Assembly: GCA_021654395.1 (NCBI GenBank) | Contig: AP024486.1 | Span: forward strand, 630,001-662,000 | Source: Candidatus Saccharimonadota bacterium | GTDB lineage: Archaea; Micrarchaeota; Micrarchaeia; Micrarchaeales; Micrarchaeaceae | Reading direction: 5' to 3' | Length of the DNA: 32,000 nucleotides | Part shown: positions 24,425-32,000 of the stretch, in pieces | How the letters are laid out: every line of letters starts with the position of its first letter | Position numbering within the stretch: the first letter of the stretch is position 1 | Program-made: the position numbers and the translations under genes | Notes under the pieces: model-generated | The model's input: only the letters and a program-made list of their open reading frames with translations | The model's database searches: none | Told to the model about the DNA's origin: nothing

Positions 24425-24784
24425 TTAATCTCTTATACCTATGCTATCTGCGTATAGCGCTGCCTTAAGAAGCTCTTCTATCTCATTAACATTATCTATA
24501 TTTTTATTGCAGTAACTTAGCCCCTCTTCTAACAGCTTCCTATCTATCTTATACTTTAGTAGCTCCCTTAATAGATCTACATCTCCAGAATCTATTACCA
24601 TTACTACTATGCTCTTTCCTCCTTTGGATATACTGTTTAATATCTCAGGATCATTTATTCTAGAAAGCTCACTCTTAAATGCTGATAGGTCTCTCTTATT
24701 AATTATATTGTAGAATCTATCCGATAACCCGCGTAATCGGCTGCGGCTTATAACTCTTTTTCTATTAATGCTCCTAGACATCAT
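24425..24784 (-). CDS. small protein related to the ankyrin family (single degenerate ANK-like unit)
   Basis: The ORF-track start 24817 is TTG; the ATG at 24784 gives MMSRSINRKR. GGKSIVVMVIDSGDVDLLRELLKY is ANK-like. The C-terminal ..ADSIGIRD shares the GIR(D/R) ending of the two neighbouring ankyrin proteins. Confidence 0.5.
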   Translation of the reverse strand: MMSRSINRKRVISRSRLRGLSDRFYNIINKRDLSAFKSELSRINDPEILNSISKGGKSIVVMVIDSGDVDLLRELLKYKIDRKLLEEGLSYCNKNIDNVNEIEELLKAALYADSIGIRD

Positions 24785-24872
24785 AGCCACTGAATTTATT
24801 AACTTATATAAAAACAAGTATAAAAGGCTTTCTATATAATTATGCTATGCTCTTTATTAAGATATAGATGCT

Positions 24873-25529
24873 TTACTCCTTTATTGCCTCCTTAATATAA
24901 TCTATGAACATATTCTCTGGAACAGCACCTTCAAACTCGACCTTATCATTTATAACTATCTTTGGCACTGCCATGACATTGTATTTATCTGCAAGCTCTG
25001 GAAACTCTATGGACTCTATCATCATCGCTCTTATATTCTTATTCTCTAGAGCCATCTGATGCGCTGTCCTTACTGCTGATGGACAGTATGGGCATGTTGG
25101 AGTTACAAATACCTTTATCTCTATCTTCTTATCTATGCTTCTTATAAAGCTCTTTCCTTCTTCAGATAGTCTTGATCTATTATTTGAGACATCTATTATA
25201 TCCTCTAGAAGAGCTGCGAACTCATATCCTGAAGGTACTCCTAGATAAAGTATATCATATATCTTCTTACCTCCGAGTACAAGAGCCGGAGCTTTACTTA
25301 TATCAAAGAACTTAGCTACATCTTTATCTTTGCTTATATCATATACTGTAAGCTTTAGCCTCTCTTTATCTATATCAACAAGCTCTCTTAAAAGCTGCTC
25401 TTCCTCTTTACATGTCTCGCATCTTTCCTCTGAGTCTGTAAATAGCATTATATTTACTGGATCCTTTAGATTCTTCGCAAATAGCTTGGCTATATAATCT
25501 CTATCCTTATCAGATAGTATCTTGTCCAT
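24873..25529 (-). CDS. protein disulfide oxidoreductase (two thioredoxin-fold units, glutaredoxin-like)
   Basis: There are two CxxC sites (CETC and CPYC). VFVTPTCPYCPSAVRTAHQMALEN..AMMIESIEFPELADKYNVMAVPKIVIN is typical of archaeal PDO. Confidence 0.85.
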   Translation of the reverse strand: MDKILSDKDRDYIAKLFAKNLKDPVNIMLFTDSEERCETCKEEEQLLRELVDIDKERLKLTVYDISKDKDVAKFFDISKAPALVLGGKKIYDILYLGVPSGYEFAALLEDIIDVSNNRSRLSEEGKSFIRSIDKKIEIKVFVTPTCPYCPSAVRTAHQMALENKNIRAMMIESIEFPELADKYNVMAVPKIVINDKVEFEGAVPENMFIDYIKEAIKE

Positions 25530-25573
25530 ATTTATATATACATGTATAAACTAATATATAAATCTTATTATAA

Positions 25574-26485
25574 TTAGCTTTTACTACTTAACAACTCCAT
25601 CAGCTCATTAGCGCTTAGTAATGGCTTATTTAAGCGATCAGTATCGTCTATTGCTATCCTTGGGCATGCAGTATTTACAAATGCGTCTATATGCTTAATG
25701 TTATTTAGCTCGTCAAAGTTTATAGTATTGCTTACCAGTATATAAGCGCTAAGCCCTTTCGATTCAATAACTCTCTTTAATACATTAGCAAGATTCATAT
25801 TGTACTGACCATTCTTAGTGCTTACTAGAATTCCAAAGCTCTTTGCATCCTTAGCCTTAAGCATCTTTATTGCCTTCTTCTTAGCATATATGATTCTATA
25901 CTTATCCATAACCTCTACTATCTTGTTAAATGGATCTATCGCTATAAAAGGCTTCTTAGTATTTAATACAGCTCCTAACGGGTGAAAGATTCCTCCACCA
26001 AAGTAGACATGACAGTCTACATCTTTGTCTATAGTTGCTGCTGCTCCTATATCACAGCCTAAGATCTGACCATTATGCTTAGCAAAACCATAAGGTCTTC
26101 CTATTATAACTCTCTTGCCATTCTTCTCATAAAACTCCTTTATCTTATCAAGCTGCCTTATATGCTGTATAGTTGTAACAACACCTATTACATTATAGTC
26201 TTTTATGTACTCTAAAGATCTTTCTAGTATAGAGAGATCTGCATCTATGTAAAATGGCTCATATCTCACATTAAAGTCTACTTTGTGAAACTCTGCATGA
26301 CCATAATGTATAAGGAGATCTGCCTTTATGCTTCTTGCCTCATCTAATGCTAGATCGCATGCCCCGAATGTCTGTGATGCAGATATTATTACTTCATTGC
26401 CCTCTTTCTTAAGCTTTTCAGCATACTCTAACGCATACTGCTTTAATCCTTCTGGAAACTGTAGAAGAATCCTCACGTATATCAT
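25574..26485 (-). CDS. dph2: diphthamide synthesis protein Dph2 (2-(3-amino-3-carboxypropyl)histidine synthase)
   Basis: LLQFPEGLK..YA, GACDL..DEA....ADLLIHYGHA, plus the conserved Cys-containing segments (GCDIGAA, NTACPRI) characteristic of archaeal Dph2. Confidence 0.87.
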   Translation of the reverse strand: MIYVRILLQFPEGLKQYALEYAEKLKKEGNEVIISASQTFGACDLALDEARSIKADLLIHYGHAEFHKVDFNVRYEPFYIDADLSILERSLEYIKDYNVIGVVTTIQHIRQLDKIKEFYEKNGKRVIIGRPYGFAKHNGQILGCDIGAAATIDKDVDCHVYFGGGIFHPLGAVLNTKKPFIAIDPFNKIVEVMDKYRIIYAKKKAIKMLKAKDAKSFGILVSTKNGQYNMNLANVLKRVIESKGLSAYILVSNTINFDELNNIKHIDAFVNTACPRIAIDDTDRLNKPLLSANELMELLSSKS

Positions 26486-26574
26486 TCTCTTTTATTAATT
26501 ATATTTTACTAATATAATTTAGATTTAGAGTGCCTTTGCTATATAAATTTAATCTAAGATCTTACAAAAAAAGA

Positions 26575-27135
26575 TTAGGCAGAGACTGCCTCCTCTGCCT
26601 TATTCTCTTTAGAGTCCTTATATACTACATCTATCTTGAATCTTCCAGAGAGCTTAGACTTTGCTCTTCTATACGCCTCTTTTACAATATCTAGATCCTT
26701 TCTGTTTACCTTAACTAAGAATATGCTTTGATTCTTATCTACTCTTGCTGCTACTCCTACAGGCCTTCCAAATGCTAGAACCATTCCTCTTGAGGTTCTG
26801 TCAGCGCCTGCAAAGCTTCCCAGCTTATGCTCTCTTAATACGATATGCGGATATACTAACACTCTGAATAGATATCTACCATCTGCCATCTTAAATAGGT
26901 AGCTGTTTGCCGCCTCTCTTGCAGCCTCTAATGCATTTGACCTTAGCTGTACATAATCCTCTGCCTTTAGATATACCTCACATTCATAATTCTTCTCTAC
27001 TCCTGTCTTAAATACTTGCAGTCTGCTTGCAGGTCTTGCCTTTACATAGTTCTTCTTAGGCATCTTTCTTGAGAATCTAGCCCATGCTTGAGATCTTTGA
27101 CTTCTTACTGTTCTAGCAGGTCTTAATCTTACCAT
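26575..27135 (-). CDS. rpl10e: 50S ribosomal protein L10e (uL16)
   Basis: MVRLRPARTVR...YPHIVLREHK..GAGADR...GM..AFGRPVG.AARV is the L10e signature. The ORF-track start 27144 is GTG; the ATG is at 27135. Confidence 0.93.
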   Translation of the reverse strand: MVRLRPARTVRSQRSQAWARFSRKMPKKNYVKARPASRLQVFKTGVEKNYECEVYLKAEDYVQLRSNALEAAREAANSYLFKMADGRYLFRVLVYPHIVLREHKLGSFAGADRTSRGMVLAFGRPVGVAARVDKNQSIFLVKVNRKDLDIVKEAYRRAKSKLSGRFKIDVVYKDSKENKAEEAVSA

Positions 27136-27296
27136 AACTATCACTAATCGCTAATCTAATATTTATCTCTTTAAAATAATAAACTATTTAATACTTTTTA
27201 TATTACTGTCAGATCCTTGTAATATTATATTAGCTCAGCAGCTGAATAAAATGCTTTTCATTAAATAAGCATTAATCAAGAATTAAAAAGCTTTCT

Positions 27297-27312
27297 AAAA
27301 GGGTTTATATAT
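27297..27312 (+). promoter_or_regulatory. putative archaeal BRE/TATA promoter of the 27336 gene (leaderless or short-leader transcript)
   Basis: aaaagggTTTATATAT is centred about 28 nt upstream of ATG 27336, the canonical archaeal TATA-to-start spacing. Confidence 0.4.
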
Positions 27313-27335
27313 CACTTCTGCAAAGATAATATCTA

Positions 27336-28025
27336 ATGCCATCTAGCAAGGATAAAAGCAAAGATTATTTCAAGCTAGATAATACTGCTATCTATGCTAA
27401 TAGCTTTATAGAGCTGATAAAAGATCCTCAAAGCCCTTATAACTATAAGATAGCAAGAAGAAATCTATGGCGTATAGCTGGCTCTAAGACTATCAGAGAT
27501 CTTATAAGATCATATATATCTACATACAACTATGCAGCTACAGAGCTATTTAAGTTAGCCTCAGATGTAATAGATGCATTTTATGATATATATAAGATAC
27601 TCAAAGCAGTTAAAGATACAGATAATCCTATTACAAAGAGCGTTAGAGAATCTCTATCTGAATTAGTCTCTAAGCCTTTAGAGGATCTTAGTATAAAAGA
27701 GCTATCTATAAGCATGACTCTTGCTATAATCTCTTTAAATAATAACATGAATGCTTTAAGTAAAGATAATGTGTATAATTATCCTACTATAGATTATAGT
27801 CTTCTAGAAGATACGAATATAGATAAAGTAGTAGATGCTATAAGAAAGGCTATAGACCGCTTAAATCATAATAAAGATATAGGATTAATAAGACCATTGA
27901 GCTATGCTACAGTAGAGCTTTTGAAGGCAGCGAATACAGATTATAAGGATGTTAATGTTGAAAGTCTGCTTACTCTTCTTCTCTTTGAATTAAAGAAGTA
28001 TATAAGATACAGCGATAATCCATAG
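27336..28025 (+). CDS. hypothetical all-alpha protein (229 aa)
   Basis: ATG at 27336 behind a good TATA box. Helical composition. The N-terminus MPSSKDKSKDY resembles the orphan proteins at 634, 2156 and 6054. Confidence 0.65.
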   Translation: MPSSKDKSKDYFKLDNTAIYANSFIELIKDPQSPYNYKIARRNLWRIAGSKTIRDLIRSYISTYNYAATELFKLASDVIDAFYDIYKILKAVKDTDNPITKSVRESLSELVSKPLEDLSIKELSISMTLAIISLNNNMNALSKDNVYNYPTIDYSLLEDTNIDKVVDAIRKAIDRLNHNKDIGLIRPLSYATVELLKAANTDYKDVNVESLLTLLLFELKKYIRYSDNP

Positions 28026-28067
28026 AAGCGGAACGGTTATTAAATGTTCAAGAATAATTAGAGAATA

Positions 28068-28952
28068 ATGAAAGCAGTTGTAGCATTAGGAGGGAATGCT
28101 TTTCTTAAAAGAGGAGAGAAAGAGTATATAGATATAGAAAGAAGGAATATAGAATCTGCTATAGATAGATTATCAGAGTTTATAGCTAATAATAATGTTG
28201 TAATAACTCATGGAAATGGACCTCAGGTAGGAGACGAGCTACTAAGGAACTTAATATCTAATAGCTATGTTCCAAGTCTTAATATTGCATTGATGATAGC
28301 TGAGACTCAGGGCTATATAGGAAGTATTATAGTAAGCTCTCTAGCAAGACATAGTATAAAGGCATCATGCGTTATAACTCATGTCATAACAAGTAATGAA
28401 TATCAGATGAAGCCAATAGGACCTTATCTAAGCGATAATGATCTGAATAGGCTTGGTATTGATCTAAGCAGCTATAGTATAAAGGAGTTTAGTAAAGGCT
28501 ATAGAATCCTTGTAAGATCCCCTTACCCTTTAAAGATAGTTGAGATTGATGCAATAAAGAGCCTAATGAGCAAAGGAGTAACTCCGATAGCATGTGGTGG
28601 CGGCGGAGTACCTCTAGATGATAATCTTAACTATCTTAATGGAGTTATAGATAAGGATCTAAGCTCATATATACTAGCTAAAGAGATAGATGCAGATTCA
28701 TTATTTATACTTACAGATATAGACTATCTATATAAAGACTATCCTGAATGCAAGCAGCCTATAAAAGAGATTGATTCAGCTGATGCCACAAGTATGCTAG
28801 ATAGTCTAGAAGAAGGTAGTATAAGGCCAAAGCTGGAGGCAGCTATAAGATTCGTTGAGGCCACTAATAAAGAAGCTTATATAGGAGATCTATATAGATT
28901 TAATGATATTATAGCTAGAAGATCCGGTACTAGAGTATATAAGAAGAGATAG
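28068..28952 (+). CDS. arcC: carbamate kinase (or carbamate kinase-like)
   Basis: KAVVALGGNAF, VVITHGNGPQVG and ACGGGGVPL are hallmark amino-acid-kinase/carbamate kinase motifs. At 294 aa it is slightly short. Confidence 0.85.
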   Translation: MKAVVALGGNAFLKRGEKEYIDIERRNIESAIDRLSEFIANNNVVITHGNGPQVGDELLRNLISNSYVPSLNIALMIAETQGYIGSIIVSSLARHSIKASCVITHVITSNEYQMKPIGPYLSDNDLNRLGIDLSSYSIKEFSKGYRILVRSPYPLKIVEIDAIKSLMSKGVTPIACGGGGVPLDDNLNYLNGVIDKDLSSYILAKEIDADSLFILTDIDYLYKDYPECKQPIKEIDSADATSMLDSLEEGSIRPKLEAAIRFVEATNKEAYIGDLYRFNDIIARRSGTRVYKKR

Positions 28953-29053
28953 CTAAACTCTTTTGTTAAGATATTAGATTATACAAAAGATTTAACAGAT
29001 AAAAGCTAGTTATAAACATAAACATTTTTAAACTTTCTATCAAATTTTGAATT

Positions 29054-29058
29054 GGTGA
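29054..29058 (+). promoter_or_regulatory. Shine-Dalgarno-like GGTGA
   Basis: GGTGA lies 7 nt upstream of ATG 29066 and is complementary to the conserved archaeal 16S 3' end. Confidence 0.4.
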
Positions 29059-29065
29059 AATAAAA

Positions 29066-29350
29066 ATGGCAAGAGAAGATAGGGAGGAGAGAGAAGAAAG
29101 AAGAGAGAGATTGGCAGCTGCAAGAGAGGCGGCAAGAGAGGCCTTAGAAGAGGAAGCTCTTGAGAGAGTTCTAAAGGCTGCGGGTGCGAGAAGAGTTAAT
29201 AAGGATGCAAGAAGAGCATTAAAGGCTGCGGCAGAAGAGGCATTAGCAAGATTAGCAGAAGAGGCTGTTAGAGCTGCAGAGGATAGAGAGGAGGATGAAG
29301 TAAGCGCAGAGTCTGTTGCTGCAGCTGCTTTTAGAATGAATAACAGGTAA
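29066..29350 (+). CDS. histone-fold protein with Arg/Glu-rich N-terminal extension and acidic L2 loop (94 aa)
   Basis: LERVLKAAGARRVNKDARRALKAAAEEALARLAEEAVRAAEDREEDEVSAESVAAAA aligns position for position with archaeal HMf-type histones ([56 protein letters not shown]). An SD-like site lies upstream. Confidence 0.6.
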   Translation: MAREDREEREERRERLAAAREAAREALEEEALERVLKAAGARRVNKDARRALKAAAEEALARLAEEAVRAAEDREEDEVSAESVAAAAFRMNNR

Positions 29351-29414
29351 GATCAATTATTACTTTATTTATAAGATTTTAATATTGTCTTAAAATTAGA
29401 TATCTTATATATAA

Positions 29415-30218
29415 TTAAGCTGTTTCTACAAATGCATCATTTAAAGCATCTTTACAATCGCATCTATTCCTCTCTTCTGGAACTCTTCTTATAACTCTGC
29501 TTATGAGCTCCTTAACTTTCGGTATACTATCCTTAAATATCCTATTAAGCTCTTTATAGCTTACTGGGGCTATGCTCTCATCTTCCTCTAAGCCAGAGTC
29601 ATAATCTGTTATAACGCCTATCCCTAAGTAGCATAATGCCTTCTCTCTTGCTAATGCAACCTCCGGATATAAGGTCATATTAATAAGATCTGCTCCAAGC
29701 CTTCTAAACATCCTGGACTCTGCCTTTGTTGAGAATCTAGGACCATTTATAATAACAACTGTGCCATTACTATGAAAGCTTAGCTTCATCTTCTCAGCCT
29801 CCTCTATTGCTATCTCTCTAAGCTCCTTGCAGAATGGATCTGCTGTACTTACATGAGCTACTCTATACTTATTAAAGAATGTATCATCTCTACCATTTGT
29901 AAAGTTTATGAACTGATCAAATATTACTATATCTCCTGGCTTATAATCCTTCCTTAAAGATCCAACAGCATTTGTTGCTATTACCCTCTCTACCCCTAGC
30001 TCAGATAGTGCTTGTATATTTGCCCTGTATGGAACCTTATGTGGAGCCAATGTATGCTTTGATCCATGCCTTGGTATAAATGCTATCTCTCTTCCTTCTA
30101 TGCTTCCTAATGCTATCTTATCACTTGGTATTCCATAAGCTGTACGCGCATCCAGTAGCTTAGGTCTCTCTAGTAATGTATAAAAGCCAGATCCGCCAAT
30201 TACACCTATCTTAGCCAT
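29415..30218 (-). CDS. mtnP: 5'-methylthioadenosine (purine nucleoside) phosphorylase
   Basis: KIGVIGGSGFY, IAFIPRHG..H..PH.VPYRANI.AL..LGV..VIATNAVGSL and PGD.VIFDQFINFT fit the MTAP/PNP family. The ORF-track start 30227 is TTG; the ATG is at 30218. Confidence 0.9.
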   Translation of the reverse strand: MAKIGVIGGSGFYTLLERPKLLDARTAYGIPSDKIALGSIEGREIAFIPRHGSKHTLAPHKVPYRANIQALSELGVERVIATNAVGSLRKDYKPGDIVIFDQFINFTNGRDDTFFNKYRVAHVSTADPFCKELREIAIEEAEKMKLSFHSNGTVVIINGPRFSTKAESRMFRRLGADLINMTLYPEVALAREKALCYLGIGVITDYDSGLEEDESIAPVSYKELNRIFKDSIPKVKELISRVIRRVPEERNRCDCKDALNDAFVETA

Positions 30219-30298
30219 CCTTATCAAAAGATTACTTTAAAGCAAAATCCTAAAAGCTTTTTGTATCTCTTTTATCTTACTTGCTCATACTATAGATA

Positions 30299-32000
30299 TT
30301 AACTTACATATACTATATCGCAGTTTGAAGAGGGTATATTTATAACAGAAGAGTTATCTACATATATCTGCCTTTTAGAGAGATTATCAAAGATAGCTCC
30401 ATAGCGATATGCAGTTGTATTCGCATATCCTGCAAAGTATCCGCCACATATCTTTAAGCTTTTATCCGATAGATTATATGTTGGAGTTATAATCCATTGA
30501 AACTCAAGAACGGTATTATTACTAATAAGAGTCCTAGGCTCTGCTATCTGCCTTATGAGATAGTACCAAGGCCCATTATTCTGATCAAGAAGTATACCTG
30601 TCTGATTAGCTAGCTCTACTCCATAGTAATGCACATTTATTACTTTAGAGTGTAGATAGTAGTATGTTGCCCTTGGATGTATATACCAGCCAAAGCTTCC
30701 ATAGAATGTTACATCTATAGCTATCGGCTGACCTGGAGCCGCATAGCTCCTATTTACTGATACTTTAACAGATCTTACAGTATTAACATTTGTAAATGAT
30801 ATTAATCTATTGTATATCTTATAGCCTGCTCCTGTTAGATTAAAGAAGTTGTATTCAGAGCTATTGCCGTACTTTCTATAAAGTATAACTCCGAATGACT
30901 GATATCCTAACATAATATAAGGTTCTATCTCTGGATTAGTTGTATTATACGTTGGATCTAGTATCTCTCTTAGATTACAAGCAGAGGTATTCTGAATAAA
31001 GACCGGATTATATGAGCTAATAGCCTTTAATATAACATAAGAGCCATTTCTTATCTGAGAGCAGCTATCTAAGGCTGCTGTTATTGCGATAAATCTAGAA
31101 AGATTTTCAAAATGCATATAAGTACTTAAGAATGATGCAGCAGGCACAAAGTATATCAACGTGCTATTATCTGCATAGGTATTTAGATACGCTGCTATCG
31201 CTCTCTGATAGAATGTCTCAGACTCTGTATATACATTCCAGAAGCTTATTACATTATAGCTTGTTAATATTAGGAATAGTATTATAATTATAGAGAAAGC
31301 CTTTGAAATTAGATTAAATCTTGATCTTATATCTAACATATATGCTAATACTATTGCTAAGGATAATGCTAATGGCGGTGCTACTAAAGCTAGAAATCTC
31401 TGTAGTCTATAAGTTATAAGATAGATAAATGGATGCAGCGAGATATGCATAGGACCATAGTTTAGAAGTATTAATGTAAATGTAAGCCAGAATAGGGGCA
31501 TATATAAGCTATCCTTTCTAAATGCAAATGTAAATATAAGAAGTATTATGAATGGTATTGATGTTATCAGAAATAACTCTGGCTTACATTCATATCCTAT
31601 TGTATAACCGTTGCAGCTAAGACTATTCTGTATAGGAAGAAGCATCCAATACAATGCTGCTAATGCTAATACTGCCGCTGCATATAATGCTCTTTTATAG
31701 AATAATCCTTTCTTGCTTCTCTTATGCTTATATATTACTAATAATATAAATAGAAGCGGATATAGCAGATAAAAGTAGAATCCAGAGAAGCTGTTTATAT
31801 AATAGCTATCAGTTAGATCTTTTATATCTAATATATTATAGCCAAAGATCGTATTCAGATAGAATCTCGGATCTATATTTGTAGAAGGTATAGTATTATT
31901 GCTGCCAATCTTGCTGTAGAAGCTGCTGCTTAATGTAAATGTTATTAAAGGATTCCTACAATAGCTACTAAACGATATAGCTGTATTATTACAGTTATTG
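30299..32000 (-). CDS. large polytopic membrane protein with sequon-rich extracellular C-terminal domain; 5' end outside window
   Basis: The ORF-track start 31654 is TTG. I translated the same frame from 31655 to 32000 and found no stop, and it encodes further hydrophobic segments, so the gene continues past the window edge. There are several TM helices, followed by a beta-rich domain with many N-x-S/T sites. Confidence 0.7.
   Translation of the reverse strand, partial: NNCNNTAISFSSYCRNPLITFTLSSSFYSKIGSNNTIPSTNIDPRFYLNTIFGYNILDIKDLTDSYYINSFSGFYFYLLYPLLFILLVIYKHKRSKKGLFYKRALYAAAVLALAALYWMLLPIQNSLSCNGYTIGYECKPELFLITSIPFIILLIFTFAFRKDSLYMPLFWLTFTLILLNYGPMHISLHPFIYLITYRLQRFLALVAPPLALSLAIVLAYMLDIRSRFNLISKAFSIIIILFLILTSYNVISFWNVYTESETFYQRAIAAYLNTYADNSTLIYFVPAASFLSTYMHFENLSRFIAITAALDSCSQIRNGSYVILKAISSYNPVFIQNTSACNLREILDPTYNTTNPEIEPYIMLGYQSFGVILYRKYGNSSEYNFFNLTGAGYKIYNRLISFTNVNTVRSVKVSVNRSYAAPGQPIAIDVTFYGSFGWYIHPRATYYYLHSKVINVHYYGVELANQTGILLDQNNGPWYYLIRQIAEPRTLISNNTVLEFQWIITPTYNLSDKSLKICGGYFAGYANTTAYRYGAIFDNLSKRQIYVDNSSVINIPSSNCDIVYVS

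Noticed and set aside
24721-24740. Locally GC-rich mini-palindrome CCGAT..ATCGG inside the 24425-24784 ORF.
   Set aside because: It is short (5 bp arms) and simply encodes the Arg/Gly-rich RLRGLSDR segment. There is no independent indication of function.
27250-27273. Inverted repeat AATGCTT-10nt-AAGCATT in the rpl10e / 27336 divergent intergenic region.
   Set aside because: A 7-bp stem in AT-rich DNA, with no second copy or other support. Not distinguishable from chance.
28068-28952. Carbamate kinase as part of an arginine deiminase (arcABC) operon.
   Set aside because: No arginine deiminase or ornithine carbamoyltransferase gene is present in the window. The neighbours are an orphan helical protein and the histone-fold gene, so no pathway context can be claimed.
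1-32000. Search for CRISPR arrays, IS elements or transposases, integrases, rRNA genes and a duplicated tRNA 3' segment (att site).
   Set aside because: I found no regularly spaced short repeats, no DDE/transposase or tyrosine/serine recombinase motifs in any listed ORF, and no second copy of the tRNA-Pro 3' half by eye. A computational repeat search would be needed to exclude short att sites.

Overview
AT-rich (about 30% GC by eye), densely coding archaeal chromosomal segment. All functional calls come from motif recognition in the supplied translations; no database search was run. Archaeal origin is supported by ribosomal protein L10e, Dph2, a histone fold, a crenarchaeal-type Fe/Mn SOD, TATA-like boxes about 25-30 nt upstream of several starts, and surface proteins loaded with N-glycosylation sequons. 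The lineage cannot be named. The amino-acid bias, the salvage enzymes (tdk, MTA phosphorylase, carbamate kinase) and an ankyrin gene array are compatible with a small-genome or host-associated thermoacidophile-type archaeon, but that is inference. The window splits in two. (1) 37-9650 is an orphan locus. It holds a tandem-RHH regulator, four large all-alpha proteins of 456-558 aa, and a membrane-anchored HerA/VirB4/FtsK-type ATPase fused to a wHTH and an Hjc-like nuclease module. It also holds tRNA-Pro(CGG) immediately upstream of that ATPase, a doubtful small beta-rich ORF and a wHTH regulator. This is my best candidate for an undescribed system (DNA transfer, uptake or defence, or a mobile-element remnant). 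(2) 9832-32000 is mostly recognisable: serS, sod, a minus-strand run of surface genes (LamG glycoprotein, M16 peptidase, Ig-like membrane protein, internally duplicated secreted protein) and polyprenyl synthase. Next come a DGQHR-type ParB/Srx protein with an orphan partner, an M28 peptidase, and four ankyrin-family paralogs around tdk. The remainder is a protein disulfide oxidoreductase, dph2, rpl10e, a fifth all-alpha orphan, carbamate kinase, a compositionally aberrant histone-fold protein, MTA phosphorylase and a large glycosylated membrane protein that runs off the window. Several ORF-track starts are GTG/TTG artefacts and were moved to the nearby ATG. No CRISPR array, IS element, integrase or rRNA was seen.
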